Shown: positions 36,275 to 49,076, numbered from the whole stretch's first letter. The stretch: 60,940 nt of DNA, filler included, from Sphacelaria rigidula (GCA_964200075.2; 8 parts of 8 records of this genome joined end to end with filler, not necessarily neighbours in it), one strand, 5' to 3'. Translations and numbers: made by a program. The notes: generated by a model from the sequence alone, not told the origin.

Positions 36275-36901
36275 TCATGCAACCAGACCTCGTGTTCTAG
36301 CCTCACGGAGCAAAACCTCATTCGCCTCATAAAGCGCAGTGCACCCATTACATCCCACAACAACCTCCTCCTGCTCCCCTTCTCCTGCCATACTCCCTGG
36401 AATATGTCCCGTTTCGCGCGTCACCGCCATGTCTCCATCATCACGTCCATATCGTTCTCGTAATGCGGTCTTGGTGCGCAGTCGAACTATTTCTCGTGCT
36501 CGCCTGGAGTGCTTAAGTTCCGCTGCATGGGCGACGCCTTCCATATCTCGTACCAAACTGTTCGGTGCATTTTTTGTGCTGCTGCTTCTGCTTCGTGGTG
36601 TCAATGGGCTGTGTTGTGCGGTGCCATGCTCGCTGTTGCTGGTGCCGACTCTGACGGTGCCGCACACAGCTGCAGTGGTAGTAGCACCGCTGTTGTTGTT
36701 GTTGTTGTTGTTGTTGTCACTGCTTCGGGACGAAGAAACCACCTCTTCACGGGGGGTGTTATCAACGAGAAGGGTCTTGCCAGCACTCCCATCAAAACCG
36801 CCACTTCCATGATTATCCTGCTTCCAGTCCGCGTCATCACCGCTAGAGTATGGAGACGAAAAGGGCCACGTAGCCGTCGATCGATTCAGGGTTTCCGCCA
36901 T
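36275..36901 (-). CDS. Hypothetical protein, probable first exon (low-complexity, poly-Asn)
   Basis: Long open frame from ATG 36901: MAETLNRSTATWPF...DNNNNNNNNSG...ELKHSRRAREIVRLRTKTALRERYG...CNGCTALYEANEVLLRE. No recognised domain; the 3' boundary is uncertain. Confidence 0.45.
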   Translation of the reverse strand: MAETLNRSTATWPFSSPYSSGDDADWKQDNHGSGGFDGSAGKTLLVDNTPREEVVSSSRSSDNNNNNNNNSGATTTAAVCGTVRVGTSNSEHGTAQHSPLTPRSRSSSTKNAPNSLVRDMEGVAHAAELKHSRRAREIVRLRTKTALRERYGRDDGDMAVTRETGHIPGSMAGEGEQEEVVVGCNGCTALYEANEVLLREARTRGLVA

Positions 36902-38229
36902 AGTCTTGAGAGAACACTCCCTCAGACTCTGTTCTACTTCTGCTGCCAAGGACGATCTTCGACTACTAAATCTTTGCCTTTCTCTGAGGAAGAGATGGAC
37001 AGGGAGTGGGGCGAGTGGGGAAAGCCACGAGGAGTACCGGAGAAAGCGACCGAAAATGAAACGGCGGTCTCCGCAAGAGATTCTGCACGCGTAGAAGCTT
37101 CCGGAAAACCTCATGGCGACGTTCAGTCACAGCTTACATCTTGAGAGGGTTGGATATTTTCTGTTTGAGTTTTTCGGTTCCGAGACGTGAAACAGCGGCT
37201 TCGGCCCGAAAACTGGAAGCGGCTGTGACCACGTATCATAGACACCATGCTTCACCTTATTGGGAGGAGTCTGGCCCACTACTTTCCAATTTGATAGGCT
37301 ACGAGCTTTCGACAGCGGGAACTTTACAGAAAATCCATTTGAAAATAAAAAAAGTGACGAAGGCGATGTTGTATGTTTTCGACATCCCGGTAGGTAACAT
37401 GTTTTTTCATGTTCAGTTGGATTTTTGTCAAGAGACCGTTTTCGAAATTTTCGAGCCAAACGAAGTGGAAGGTGAGCTAGACTTCTCTAAGTGAGGTGAT
37501 GCGAAGTATTCAAGACCAGCGACGGCGATATTTTCTCTTTTCAGCGCACAAACGCTGTCAAATATCGTGAGGCTGACACGATCCCAAAAGAACATCCAAT
37601 CCCCATCATATTGACCTCAATCATTTCTCTTTTTGTCGCGCAATGGTTTCTTTGAAAAGTTGGAGGTCGTGAAGTCCAAGTTGTTTTTTGCATTCGTCGA
37701 GACTTTTGCCTTTATTGCTGCTTGACAGAGTTTCGTCAGACACACCTCAGTCCATCTACCTGCACATGAATGTATGTAGCACAATCAGCCAACCACAACT
37801 GTGAGGATACATCCACTCACTTGTCGAAGGCTGTTCCGACGGGGGGGAAAAAACCCAACGAGTCACCCAGGGGTCTGCCGTGTGACGGGAATCACCTCAC
37901 TCTTGACTCCTCTTCAAAATACCATTAACAGAGGATTCTATAGAATTAGGTTCATCAATGAAATGAGGTTCGAGCCCAAAACAGTACTTTCTCCACACTT
38001 TCAGCGATGGTACCCGATGACTTTTTTGTCGGCCTAATGCCTTTCCATCGCGNNNNNNNNNNNNNNNNNNNNNNNNNNNNNNNNNNNNNNNNNNNNTTAA
38101 TTAATTAANNNNNNNNNNNNNNNNNNNNNNNNNNNNNNNNNNNNNNNNNNNNAAAAAGATGAAGGGAGGGGTGGAGAAGGAAGGAAAAAAAAAAAAAAAG
38201 GGGGGGGTTTTTGTGGGGGGGGGGGGGGG

Positions 38230-39961
38230 GGTACGGTTCTTTTCGTGAAAATATGGTCTTGACTATACAAAAGCGTCCTAAGCTAGTGCACACACATATA
38301 CATCTATACTTCGTCTCGGCCATTAGATAAGCTCACTTTCAAACCCTTAAGATAAGCTCACTTGGTTGTATTGCGATAACTCAGCCAAACAGACGTGTTT
38401 GACCGTCCAACCGCCAACATATGTTCCACATAATATAGCTGGCATCATATGAAAAAAAAATGATACGGGGATGACGAGTTATCGTCCCCGGCGTGAAAAC
38501 AGCATGAAGTGAGCTTATCTAATGGACATTTTCGCAGGAGGACACCGGTTTTCGCAGAAATTTGCGTCAATGTGCGATACGGCGGGTGCAAAGAACCTTT
38601 ATTGGCGATGCTCAGACCCACGTCGTGTGTTTTAAAGTGATTGGGAACGTGTATGAGAAAAAGTAACCTTGGAGACCCGGGGACAACATGATGTTGCCCC
38701 CCGAGATGGGTAATTATACCCCAAATTCGGAGGTGCTCAAATAATGTGGTCGTCCGATTTTAAAAAACAACGGTTTTGGGAGATTCTCTGAAACGCCTAT
38801 AAAAACATTAGCAAAACCGTTTTTCCAAAAAATGATGGGAAGGCTATCAAGCGGTAGATTTTCGATCTGCGCGACCGACACCCTCTGGTTGCCGTGAGTG
38901 TAGGTGAATATCTTCTGGGGACTCAGCAAAGACCTCGTTTCAGAGCTCTTCTCCAAAACTCCACGAGTGCAGCAAAAAAAAAACGTTTGACATAGTCGAA
39001 GATAGGCAGGAGTTATACCGCAAAACCTGAAAGTGAGCTTATCTAATGACCGAGAGGAAGTATATATTTCACTCTTTCCCACCTTTTTTGTTCGGTTATG
39101 GCCTCACGAGATCCCACACGAAGATTCAAGGCACGAGTACCAAACCTGGGCCGGTAAACGACCTGGAAAATATTGTTCCGAATTTCGCCCGGCCCGGTTT
39201 CAAAATCGCCCTGTCTCACCTCAACTTTGCGATTTTAGGCCAACTCTTATGGGAGCGTTTGGGATTTTATTTTGCAACAATTTCAGAGGATTTTTTTTTT
39301 TTTTTTTTTTTTTTGATTAACGGTCACAAAATACACAACTTCGGCAAAGAAAAAAAGNNNNNNNNNNCCGGCGACGTTGAGATTCAAGGACAATTTTTTT
39401 GCGAGCGTTTGGGGTTTTATTTTGCAACAATTTCAGAGGATTTTTTTTTTTTTTTTGACGTCATGATGAACGGGCACAAAATACACAACTGCGGCAAAGA
39501 AAAAAAGTCGTTCAAAATTATTCCGAAATAAAATTTTAAATGCTCCCATAAGAGTTGGCCTCAGAGGTTCGAAATTTGGTACGGAGGAAGAGTAGGGCAT
39601 GCTAAAACGCTGAAACGCTGTCGCTCGGGACGCACAGTTTTTTTTTGTCGTGGGTGAACGGTTTTTTCCTGATATCTACATACTGAATTATTGTCTTTCC
39701 CTTGCTCAAAAAATAAATCAAGTGACCAACCATCCATCCATCCATCCAATTAATTAATTAATTAATTAATTAATTAATTGATTACTATTATATATATTAT
39801 TATATTTGTCCTTGACTCACGAAAATATATATATGTGAGGCCCGAGAGCGTTTTAGCATGCCCCATTTTTCTTCCGTGCCAAATTTCGAAGTCCAACTCG
39901 CAAAATTCAGGTGAAATGGGGTCTGCAAACCACAAATTCGCATCTTGGCCGGCCCAGCCTG
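38230..39961. mobile_element. Family A-related Tc1/mariner non-autonomous element (left end not seen)
   Basis: Ends ...GGCCGGCCCAGCCTG|TA; internal blocks match 42585-42790; internal inverted repeat ~39565-39895. Confidence 0.65.
38309..39060. mobile_element. Stowaway-like MITE nested in the family A element
   Basis: TIR CTTC(G/C)TCTCGG(C/T)CATTAGATAAGCTCACTTTCA at both ends, with TA on both sides. Confidence 0.85.
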
Positions 39962-40252
39962 TATGTTGCTGCCCAGAGTATCTGATTCGTAGGTGGCTTG
40001 GTGGGTGTTCCCTCCCACACAGAGCGAGTCAAGAATCAAAACAGCAGGTTCTCTCTCCAGGACTAGGGCGGTGCACGATTCATACAAGATCGCGAAAACT
40101 GCCCATGAAAGTTGTGCAGGCTGTGCGTCCGAGGACAACTTCGGGCAACGCGACATGTCCAAGCTCCTATAAATTGCACGTTGTGCAGATGCCTTTTTGG
40201 CCCCACCCCCCCTCCCCCAAACTCCTGCTGGTCTCCATACACTCATACACAC

Positions 40253-40555
40253 CTGCTTCCAGCAGCACAAAGTCCACCCCTTTGGCCTGAAGATCTCTGG
40301 CCGCTGCAAGCCCAGCAATCCCACCCCCGACAATAACACAGTCTCGAATCTCCGTTTCAACAGAAGTTTCGGCAGCTTCAGCCCCATTGATACGGCCATT
40401 ATTCGACATGCACGGGCTGCGCGAATCCCTTCTCGAGCACGCGGTGGCGGCAGGCATGCGAGTGGGCAGAGAGTCCCCAGTAGCCAATAACGCTTGTGTT
40501 GTTGAGGAGCGCTTGCATATTCTCGTGGGTGTCGCCTGTCCAAGTTGCAGGGCAT
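40253..40555 (-). CDS. Exon of an FAD-dependent oxidoreductase (amine oxidase/protoporphyrinogen-oxidase-like N-terminus)
   Basis: IRDCVIVGGGIAGLAAARDLQAKGVDFVLLEA is a classic beta-alpha-beta GxGxxG...E dinucleotide fold; GTGTGT donor at 40252. The 5' acceptor at 40556-40557 is inferred from phase. Confidence 0.75.
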
Positions 40556-40871
40556 CTGGCGCAGGTACACGTGGCAGCTGCTATTGTTGTACTTGGTTGT
40601 GAGGCAATACTTGATACAGCAGAGACGTTTCGTCGATAGGGGGTGTGGTGGGATAGATTCCGCTATGAATGCGGCGTGTCTACGCACGCCAACATGGAGA
40701 TCTTACGGCAGGAAGGCTGATGCATGAAGAAGAACGAATTACACCCGTAAATGGTTAAGTACGGCGTGTACAGTACAGTACACGGTTGAGAATATGCAGT
40801 CCAGTACCGAACAGAGCAGCCTGCCTGTGCCGTCGTAACAAGATATCACGTTACTCTTGTACGAAACCTAC

Positions 40872-41034
40872 CGTTGGGAGGCACGCTGAGAAAGACCATG
40901 ATGATCACTAGAACAGGCACTGCTGCAGTGAATCGTGGTACGGCTGGACAGATAATACTCGTTGCTGCTGGTGCGCATATTTCGTCGTGATTTCTCCGCG
41001 GGTAGTTGCTGCCGTCATCATTGAATTGCATCAT
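40872..41034 (-). CDS. Putative first exon (signal-peptide-like) of the FAD oxidoreductase
   Basis: ...VPRFTAAVPVLVIIMVFLSVPPN G|GTAGGT; phase 1 fits the next exon (D-ALQL). The start codon is uncertain. Confidence 0.35.
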
Positions 41035-42232
41035 GTCGACGCTCTTGTCTGACAGTGTCACTGTTGTTTTGTCCATCACAGACAGTCATCACTTCGACAG
41101 TCAAAGGTATACCTTTTGTAATTTGGGGTCACTTGAGGATACAGGAGTTATCAAGGTTTTGTCACCCCGCAAGAAGACGCGGAGTTCGTGTGATTCTGGC
41201 TGGTTTCTGGAAGAAGAAGTACTGTTCCTTACTTCTATACATGTATTGTGACAAAACGGGAGAAAACAGGTGGGATGTAAGTAGTGCCCTAAAGTAGTAA
41301 CAACGTGTTGATCAACCGTATAAGTCTCAATCTTCAACCCTGTCCTCGTGTCACTCTTCCAACGCGAAATATGAAGGATGGCCTAAACTGCAAGTTCTAT
41401 CTTTGTCATCTCCTTTTTTGGCTACAATTCACCGATTTTGGACCCTCTGACTTGGGTTTGGCCACTGCTATTGTTTACATTTTCGTGTCTACTATCAAAG
41501 TTGCCAGCCCGTTCAGAATGCGCAATGAACAAATGACCATGCCTTCAATCGTTGTATTTCTCAACGATGTGTTCGTTCAAGTTTCGAGATTCCAAGGTTA
41601 AAGATTCAGTACTACTATTCCGGAATGACGCTTCTTGCGTCTGGCGGGCCTCGTTGATTTTGCCGCACTGTGTAAAACTCGCCACTTTTAAAATTAAATT
41701 TCAAGTTCGGCAATGAAGCCGCAAGCTGTCAGATTGTGCGTCAGTGCCTGCGATCGAGCAAGTGGGATAACCTAATGGGTACATGTAGGATTGAATAGGC
41801 TTAGTATAATGTGCAGTAAAATAGTTATGCTAAATCACACACCTGCGATCAGCTGCATTCAGTTGGTAAGACTATAATACTGTTTAGCACCTAACAACGG
41901 CTATGTACTACTATATACCTTGTTCCATGGCCCGCGGCGAAGGAGAGGTAGTTTTATCTTTTGTATTATTGGAGAATGCCCTGACGGAGTCGATCCTATG
42001 ATAGAGGGATCAGATGTGGAGTGAGGGCAGGCGACAGCGTCGCAGCCGGCCCGAGGCGCCTTTGCCGTTTTGTCGTAGTTATTATACTGTGTACAGGCTA
42101 CTGTTTGTATTAGAATATGATCACACATGATGATGCAAATGGAAGATAATAAATGATACAAGGTTCCCCTTCGGGAGGTTGGTACGGGTGCCCTGGGGTG
42201 ACGCAAGCTGAAAGTATGAAATAAACTTCGTG

Positions 42233-43111
42233 AGAGCTGCGCCAGCTTAAAAACGGATTTAAGCTCTAAAAGCACTATCTCATCGACACAGACGAGTTGG
42301 GCCGTGGTCCGCATATCGTATTAATCGCCTTATCAAGGGGAAGGTGCCCATCTGCTCAGAAGTTTGGGGCCATATTTTCTCGTTGATTAANNNNNNNNAA
42401 ACCCCATGTCTAGTAATTCCTATATCTGAGGGAGACAGCGCCGATACTAAAATCTGTATGAAACTCCCGATCGATGCATTGAGCGGATGGCGACGAATTT
42501 TGGTGTGGAGAGCCAAAAAAGAGTGCCGAATAAAAAAAATAATGGGCCTTCCATTTTTTTTCTTCATAGAGGTTAGGGCGTTCTCGTGAAATATGGTCTT
42601 TACCGTAGTAGAACGCCCTAAACCAGTGAAAAATTTGAAAAAAATCAACCTGAACCACTTTGTTTTGTTAATCATGCCTTAGAGAGCGCCCACACCAAAT
42701 TTCAATACACAAAAACCAAACGTGGGCCGGTGAGTGGCCTGCGAAATACTGCTCCGAATTTCTACCGACCCGGTTCTTGATAGGCCCATTCTCTTTTATA
42801 CATTTAGAGTTGGACCCTGACATTTGGTATGAACGATGCATAGGGCATGTAAAACAAAATACTGCGGTACCAAAATGTTTGTTTTTATTTTTTCATGAGT
42901 TAAGGGCAATAATCGGTTTTCAGGTATCAGTTGAATGCTCTTTATTCATGAAAAAAAACAAAACAGTTTGGTACCGCAGTATTTTTTTTTTATGCCCTAT
43001 GTATTGTCCGTACCAAATTTCAGGGTCCAACTCTAATTGTATAAAAGAGAATGTGTATAAAAGAGAATGGGCCTGCAAACTTCAAATCCGCCTTTAGGCT
43101 GGCCCAGCTCG
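42233..43111. mobile_element. Family A Tc1/mariner non-autonomous element
   Basis: Left end AGAGCTGCGCCAGCT (diverged), right end AGGCTGGCCCAGCTCG|TA; ~270-nt internal hairpin 42786-43053. Confidence 0.8.
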
Positions 43112-43649
43112 TATGCCTTTTCAATGTGCTGCAATAGAAAGCGTGGGAGAAAATACCTTGCTGGCAGAGAAAACTCGGCAAAAGTGGTGAACCACCGGTG
43201 CCAGTTTGCTACCTCATCGGCCGTCCAGCCTCTCAACATGTCTAAGTTTATGCATCTGCGCATGCATATATGCATTCGCCTGTAGTGCGACACTGGTAGA
43301 CCTAAAGAAATGTACATAAACAACGATTGGTACTCGATTTGACTTGGTTTCAGACTAAAGAAAGTTGTGAGAAAAATCATGATTTGGGGCAGGTGAGCAG
43401 TGGTGAGCAGTAGAACCAGGTCATCCAGAACGTGTCTTGGTCCAAAATCGGCTCAAAGGCATCGATTTGAGCTCTCGAAAGGCGTCGACTTGAGTTCTCG
43501 CAACGCACGCTTTAGCTACGAAACTGCACCCCCCTTGCCCGAGAGTTCTCTGTATGCCTTGGTCGATGTTAGTGCTAGGGTTAGCGTTAGGATTGGTGGT
43601 ATCTCCATAGCACCAGCCATAGTGTACGTACATTTCTTCAAGCCCCCTC

Positions 43650-44150
43650 GGTGAAGTACTTGTGCAGGGATGCATCCTTGTCACAAAAACATCTCTGTCA
43701 TCCCTGTCGCACGGACATTCCTGCGCCGGTACCTTACACAGGTGGGAACTCTCTGTCACGGGTTGCATGACCACAGGGATTTCGTCACCCCCCTGCGCCT
43801 GCCGAGCACAGCTGACCCGCAGTGAGGACGTTTGCCCACGTGTGTGCCTTGTTCAACTCGCCAACGGCTCATTGCACGGTCTTGATCTTGCTCGTGACTA
43901 AGGCGAAGGCAATGTTCAATCGTTTTCAACTGCTTTGCTTTCGTGTTCTCGTGACATTCGCTACTCAACCGCTGTCTTCGTATTCTCGAATCAACGAGAA
44001 CGCGAAGAAATACCCCGCCATGAATACGCTTTTGTGGTTCGGGTTCCTGGTCGAAGTTTTCCATGATGAGGCTTTTGTGGTTCGGGATCGACACCCCGCA
44101 AAAAAGAGCCAGTGTGGGCGACTTTCGATGGCCAGAGCACGTGCCACAGG
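43650..44150 (-). pseudogene. Possible MULE/Mutator transposase remnant
   Basis: HKSVFMAGYFF...RLNIAFALVTSKIKTVQ*AVGELNKA...VFVTRMHPC resembles the MULE DDE layout (viDGtf / LAFALVxSE..W..l / vfp..h..C); stops present. Confidence 0.3.
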
Positions 44151-44504
44151 TATCAGATGACACCCAAATCTGAAAGGTAATGTACCGCTGCACCTTCTTC
44201 GTGCACTGCAAAAGAAACCGCGCGATAAGATGCCTTGCCGCCTGAGGAAACTCGACAAAAGTGGTGAAAAAGTGAAATGATACATATACATATTTAGGGT
44301 TTCAGGCACGGAAGATGGTCCTGATGGTAAGTTGACAATATCCAAGCGAGGGTGGCTCGGCTGGAGCAAGCGCCGACGCGCCTGTCCTCGAGTGTGGCAA
44401 TCGAGGGAAATATGTCACAGTAGTACTCATATAGCTCAGGCCCAATGTAGACCAGATAGAGGCATGGTCATGCAGCAAGATATCTTGGCAGCACGCAATC
44501 TACA

Positions 44505-44909
44505 GCTGTACTACCGAACGGCAGTAGCACGAGTCGGACCGCAAGGCGCCGGCGCCCCGCCGGCCGTGTACCGAAGGAACAGGCAGCACGTCACCGTGTA
44601 GTACTGTAGGAGTAGCCTAATACGGGACTTGTACCACCATGCTGTATGTCGCATACGCAAGGTGCATGCCTCAATGTATACAATATGTGTGTTGAACAGA
44701 ATGCCGATGTACAACTGCAGCACGGCAATGGCACGGCTCGGCCCGAAAGGCGCCGGCGTCCCACCCGGCCGTGCACCCAGGGAACAAGCAGGACGCCACC
44801 GTGCAGTACTGTAGGAGTAGCCTGATGCGGGACTTGTACCCCCATGCTGTATGTTGCATACACAAGGAGTATGCCTCGATGCACAACAGGTGCGTTGCAC
44901 AGAATGCCG
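44505..44909. repeat. Two-copy tandem repeat, ~205-nt unit
   Basis: acggca.tggcacg...aaggcgccggcg...cggccgtg...agtactgtaggagtagcct.at.cgggacttgtacc.ccatgctgtatgt.gcatac...cagaatgccg occurs twice. Confidence 0.9.
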
Positions 44910-46280
44910 GTCGCAAGAAGAGATAGGATTACCATGTATATCCCACGGGCCCCCACCAACCGAACCCCAAGAGCCGTGCCCCCCCAAGCAACTAGATTTC
45001 CGTACAGTAGTCGGGAAAACGAAAACCCTCATTTTTTCATGGCGATTCTGCTCGCGGTCGCACTGGCGTGGATGAGAGGGGCGAGGGGCTGCGGTTCCTG
45101 TGCTATTTTGATGGGGCCCCTTTTATATCCCGATACCTTCCTAGGGTTCCACCCTGCCTGCTGTTGTGCATTGTACTACTTTCAGATATACATAGTAGTA
45201 TATATACAGTGTATGTGGTCTACCCCTTTTTTTTTGCTGTTCCTCTTGTTTTCTGTTCCTTTTTCTTTTTTTCCTTAGAGCGTGTTTGAATTCCGTTTTT
45301 GTTGAGTACGTCTATCATGAGACCACGCCTGGACCCCTGGGGGGTCGGTTAAAGTGCGACAATCAATCAAAAACTCAAAACCAAGGGTCTTTCGACAAAA
45401 CGTTTTCGGACACGGAGCCCCCCCCCCCCGCCTGCCTTTGGGACTTTCTATGATACCCCCCCCCACAAACACCAGCCCGAAACTGTCACGAAGGAAATGT
45501 TCATACAGCGTCTGATGTTTGGGTTCTGGCGGCTTGAAGCGCCTCGAACGGGCGACATTTGCGAAAACGAACGCGAGGGTGGGAATTCCCATCTGCTCGT
45601 TGTGCTCGGCTTTTTTCCACTCGATTTACGTGTAGATTTTGCTTCCCCAAACCAGCCTTTTTTTTTTGGGGGGGGGGGGGTGNNNNNNNNNNNNNNNNNN
45701 NNNNNNNNNNNNNNNNNNNNNNNNNNTTAATTAATTAANNNNNNNNNNNNNNNNNNNNNNNNNNNNNNNNNNNNNNNNNNNNATTTCTTCACTACTTCCA
45801 CGCTCTACCATTATATAGTCAAGAACGGAGCATTCTATGTTTCCTTTGCATTGCCTCGACCATGTTCATTGCGCCTTTGGCTTTGGTACCCTATCGTTCA
45901 GCGTCTTCATCTCGTTTTGCTCAAGTTCCTTGAGCATTTCTACCCCATTCGTGTTCTTTGCACCTTCACCAGCCACGGGGGGGGGGGGGGGGGAGCCTTT
46001 CCCCGCCCTTTCTTTTGTGGTTACTACCGGTCTACCCGGAAAAAATCCACGGGAACACCAGTCCACAGATAANNNNNNNNNNTGGTCTGCTCTTGTTTTC
46101 TTCTTTTGTTTGGCGGTTGGTGGGGGGGTGGGGGGGGTGGGATGTATGGCGTGTTCTTTCGCCGTCCATGTCTTGTGAGTTAATCACCGATTAACCGGGA
46201 AAACATCGCTGGAACGACCAGTCTCAACTTAGATCTAGCTGACCGAAGCCACCAGTTCACAGCCCTACGATGGAATGCCT

Positions 46281-46662
46281 CAGACCATTTTTTATGGCAG
46301 CCAATCCGTGTTTGTACAAATATGAGGATTTCAGCCCGTCTACAGCCGATTTTCTCCAGTGCATTGATTTTTCAGTTCCCAGTTCGTTGAGCAATATTTT
46401 TCGCGAATCGGGGGCCCAAATCGGGGGAGGTGTGGGGGAGTCTCCCGATCTGAGCAGAATGGTGATAAACCAAAACTCAACATCCAGAGTATCGGAGAGT
46501 TGATCTGGTTTCCTCATAGCTAGGCGAAAAACATTGCCCAACGGACTGGGGTCAGGTCCGAAATGTCAATCCACGGGAGAAAATCGGGTGTAGACGGGCT
46601 GAAATCATCGTACTTGAAGTCTTCATAGATATACGGTTTGGTCGCCATGAAAAAATGGTCTC
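46281..46662. mobile_element. MITE with long imperfect terminal inverted repeats
   Basis: agaccatttttatggc..ccaatccgt...gatttcagcccgtctaca..cgattttctcc is mirrored at 46565-46662; no clear TSD. Confidence 0.65.
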
Positions 46663-46761
46663 ACTTCTACTTCTGCAAATAGCCTAATCTCAGCGGATAA
46701 GCATATATAAAGCAACCGTGGTAGCATACATCATTATATATTTTGAAAAAAAGTGTTCGGT

Positions 46762-47018
46762 GAGTGATGCTACGGTAGGGGTGCACAAATATTTTCGGAG
46801 GTGAGAATTGCTAGGAGCCCTTGATCTCATCCAAAACACGACTCATGAAAATATGTGAGGGTGCGCCAGGATTACTACTCCAGTGTCCTGGGGATATCCC
46901 GACTGAATTTGCAAACGAGGATGTCCTGACCCATATTCTTGTGCATCTCGAATCATTAGGAGCCCCTGAACCAGGTAATATTTCGCGCAAAAAGTGCACC
47001 CCTACCGTAGCATTGCTC
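46762..47018. mobile_element. Sola-like MITE family S2, complete copy
   Basis: 25-bp TIR GAG(TG/CA)ATGCTACGGTAGGGGTGCAC; perfect 4-bp TSD CGGT (46758-46761 and 47019-47022). Confidence 0.85.
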
Positions 47019-48181
47019 CGGTGCCTGTCGGGTGCAGAAGGACTGGAGACACGCTGGAGCAAGTGAGTCGCAATTGGTCCGCCTGAGAAAATATCCAATG
47101 ACCTCTCGCTTAGAGAATACTATTTTCCCCTGGTTTTCAGAACAGCTGGGGTGTTGGGCAAACGAACCGTGGGAGCTTCGCATTCCACTCGCTATCTTCC
47201 GCGCTGTGACCTCGCAGTATATCGCTTGCACTGCTACGATATGATCACTATTTTCACTTGTGGTTCAGCCCATGGGCTTCTGCATAGCGCATCATAAAGC
47301 AACAGTATCTTTGCCGTGATCTGGATACCAACAGCACAGGGCATGATGAGTGCATCGGCTGGGAGTAGGCTTCGTGGATTTCTCAACAACCCCGTGGTAG
47401 CTGTGGTGCAGGCCAGCTCTATCTTACATCGCATCAGTGGATACGCGTTCGGCATCACCAGGGTGAGCACTGCCCTTGATCTCTTGACGTGATGTAGCCG
47501 CTCGTGTGACGGGGTATAACACCCCCACACGCTGATCATGTGTACCTCGATTCCTCAATGAACGAGACCATTATTGTCCCAACAATATAGCTTGTCAGAA
47601 GATCCCCTTCGAAATCGTTCCGAAGACGCACTCTCTGTGGAAGGTTTTATTCGCATGGCGGCGGCTATCCATGATGAGAGGATCTGTGCCGTTGCGCGCC
47701 TTCTGTGCCGCCGCCGAGGTGGTGACTATGCGATATAGCGCCCACATCATCAACGTACCAACCGGGACATATAAATCGGGATACAATACGCCGGAGGTGA
47801 CACCGATTCATCATTGTGCATTGTGCATGGATATGATTGCCGGGTGGCCATCAAGTGTAAAATCTCCACAATCGAGGCATTAATCGAGGAAACGAGCCTA
47901 TGCGGCGGATTTATTCAATTTACTGGTAGAGCATAATACGCGTTACATGAACTGCTGTCCGTTACGCAGTGCGGCACGCCCCTTGTGATAAGCGATAAGG
48001 TTTGCACACCCTAGATAACATCTGGTCGACAGTCAATAGTTGCAATAGACGGAAAATGTACTGCGTGAAGTTCAGGCTTGTTGCAATTACTGTTGTCATA
48101 GGCCTTTACTTACGCAGTACATTTTTTTTGTCTATTGCAACTATTGACCATACATCGTCTTTGTCCAGGGTGTGAACGCTT

Positions 48182-48430
48182 CACGGTTCGGACAAATCAT
48201 CGGCGGTTCGAATCACCAAATCCACGGTTTTTCAGGCCTGATTGCTCGAAATGGAGAAAAGAGTCGACCGATGATCAAGAAGATTCCCACGAAACTTTTG
48301 CGCCATTTCGCGTGCCTGGGCTGAGCGTATCTGGGTTGCAACGCTGAAAACAAAGCCCAAGGATTGATTCGTACCGTACGAATCAATCATACTGAAATCA
48401 AGCACAAATCGTTTATTCGTACGACCCGTG
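48182..48430 (+). mobile_element. hAT-like MITE family H
   Basis: TIR CACGGTTCGGAC / GTACGACCCGTG; 8-bp flanks gaacgctt/gaacgttg. Confidence 0.85.
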
Positions 48431-48812
48431 GAACGTTGGCAACCTCGCACCACTTCCTCATAAAAGAGAAATCTCGAGGTGTTCATGTTCCACACCGCCC
48501 CAGTTCGTGGGCGCATCTCGAGCCAAATCCTTCCCGCAGTAAACTTTCGACTGGCTGGCCTTTGCAATTTTGGAGTAAATGAGGTTTTGCATCTGATCGA
48601 TGGGGAGTGTTATATCTCATTCCTCCTAAGTAGTGATGGGTATCGTATCCCACACCCAGGTATGTCTACCCCGATATGTCTGGGATATGTTGTATTGGTA
48701 TCGCCCAAAAATGAGAGATATGTCGATACCATGTTGTATCCTGCGATGAACCGCTGGATAAGATATTATATGTACTGCTCATAGGGAAGCAGCAGTGCAA
48801 TTGGGATGTATG

Positions 48813-49076
48813 CACGGTTTGGACCAATCATCACCGGTTTCAATCACCGATCCCAAATCCACGTTTTCTTAGGCGTGATTGCTCGAAAGAGAGGAAAAAG
48901 TTGACCGCTGGTCGAAAGGGTATCCACGCAATTTTGGCGCCATTCCACGTGACTGGGCTGCGTGTACCTGGGTTGCAAGGCTGAAAACAAAGCCTAGGGA
49001 TTGATTCGTACGGCACGAATCAATTACACTAAAACCATGTAATTTCCAGACGAATCATTAGTTCGTCCGACCCTTG
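48813..49076 (+). mobile_element. hAT-like MITE family H
   Basis: TIR CACGGTTTGGAC / GTCCGACCCTTG; 8-bp TSD gatgtatg/gatgcatg. Confidence 0.88.

Noticed and set aside
37493..37748. Possible GAG-ended MITE (gaggtg...cacctc)
   Set aside because: The inverted match is only ~6 bp, the TSD is ambiguous, and I saw no second copy.
39250..39507. ~105-nt direct repeat on both sides of a 10-N gap
   Set aside because: Typical unresolved scaffold overlap at a poly-T run; likely an assembly artefact.
39729..39780. (CCAT)n followed by (TTAA)n, resembling the linker or a piggyBac target array
   Set aside because: No flanking Ns and no piggyBac ends; a simple microsatellite inside a MITE.
39800..40687. 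295-aa ORF, the longest in the track
   Set aside because: An off-frame shadow of the FAD-oxidoreductase exon that runs into a MITE; no protein-like features.
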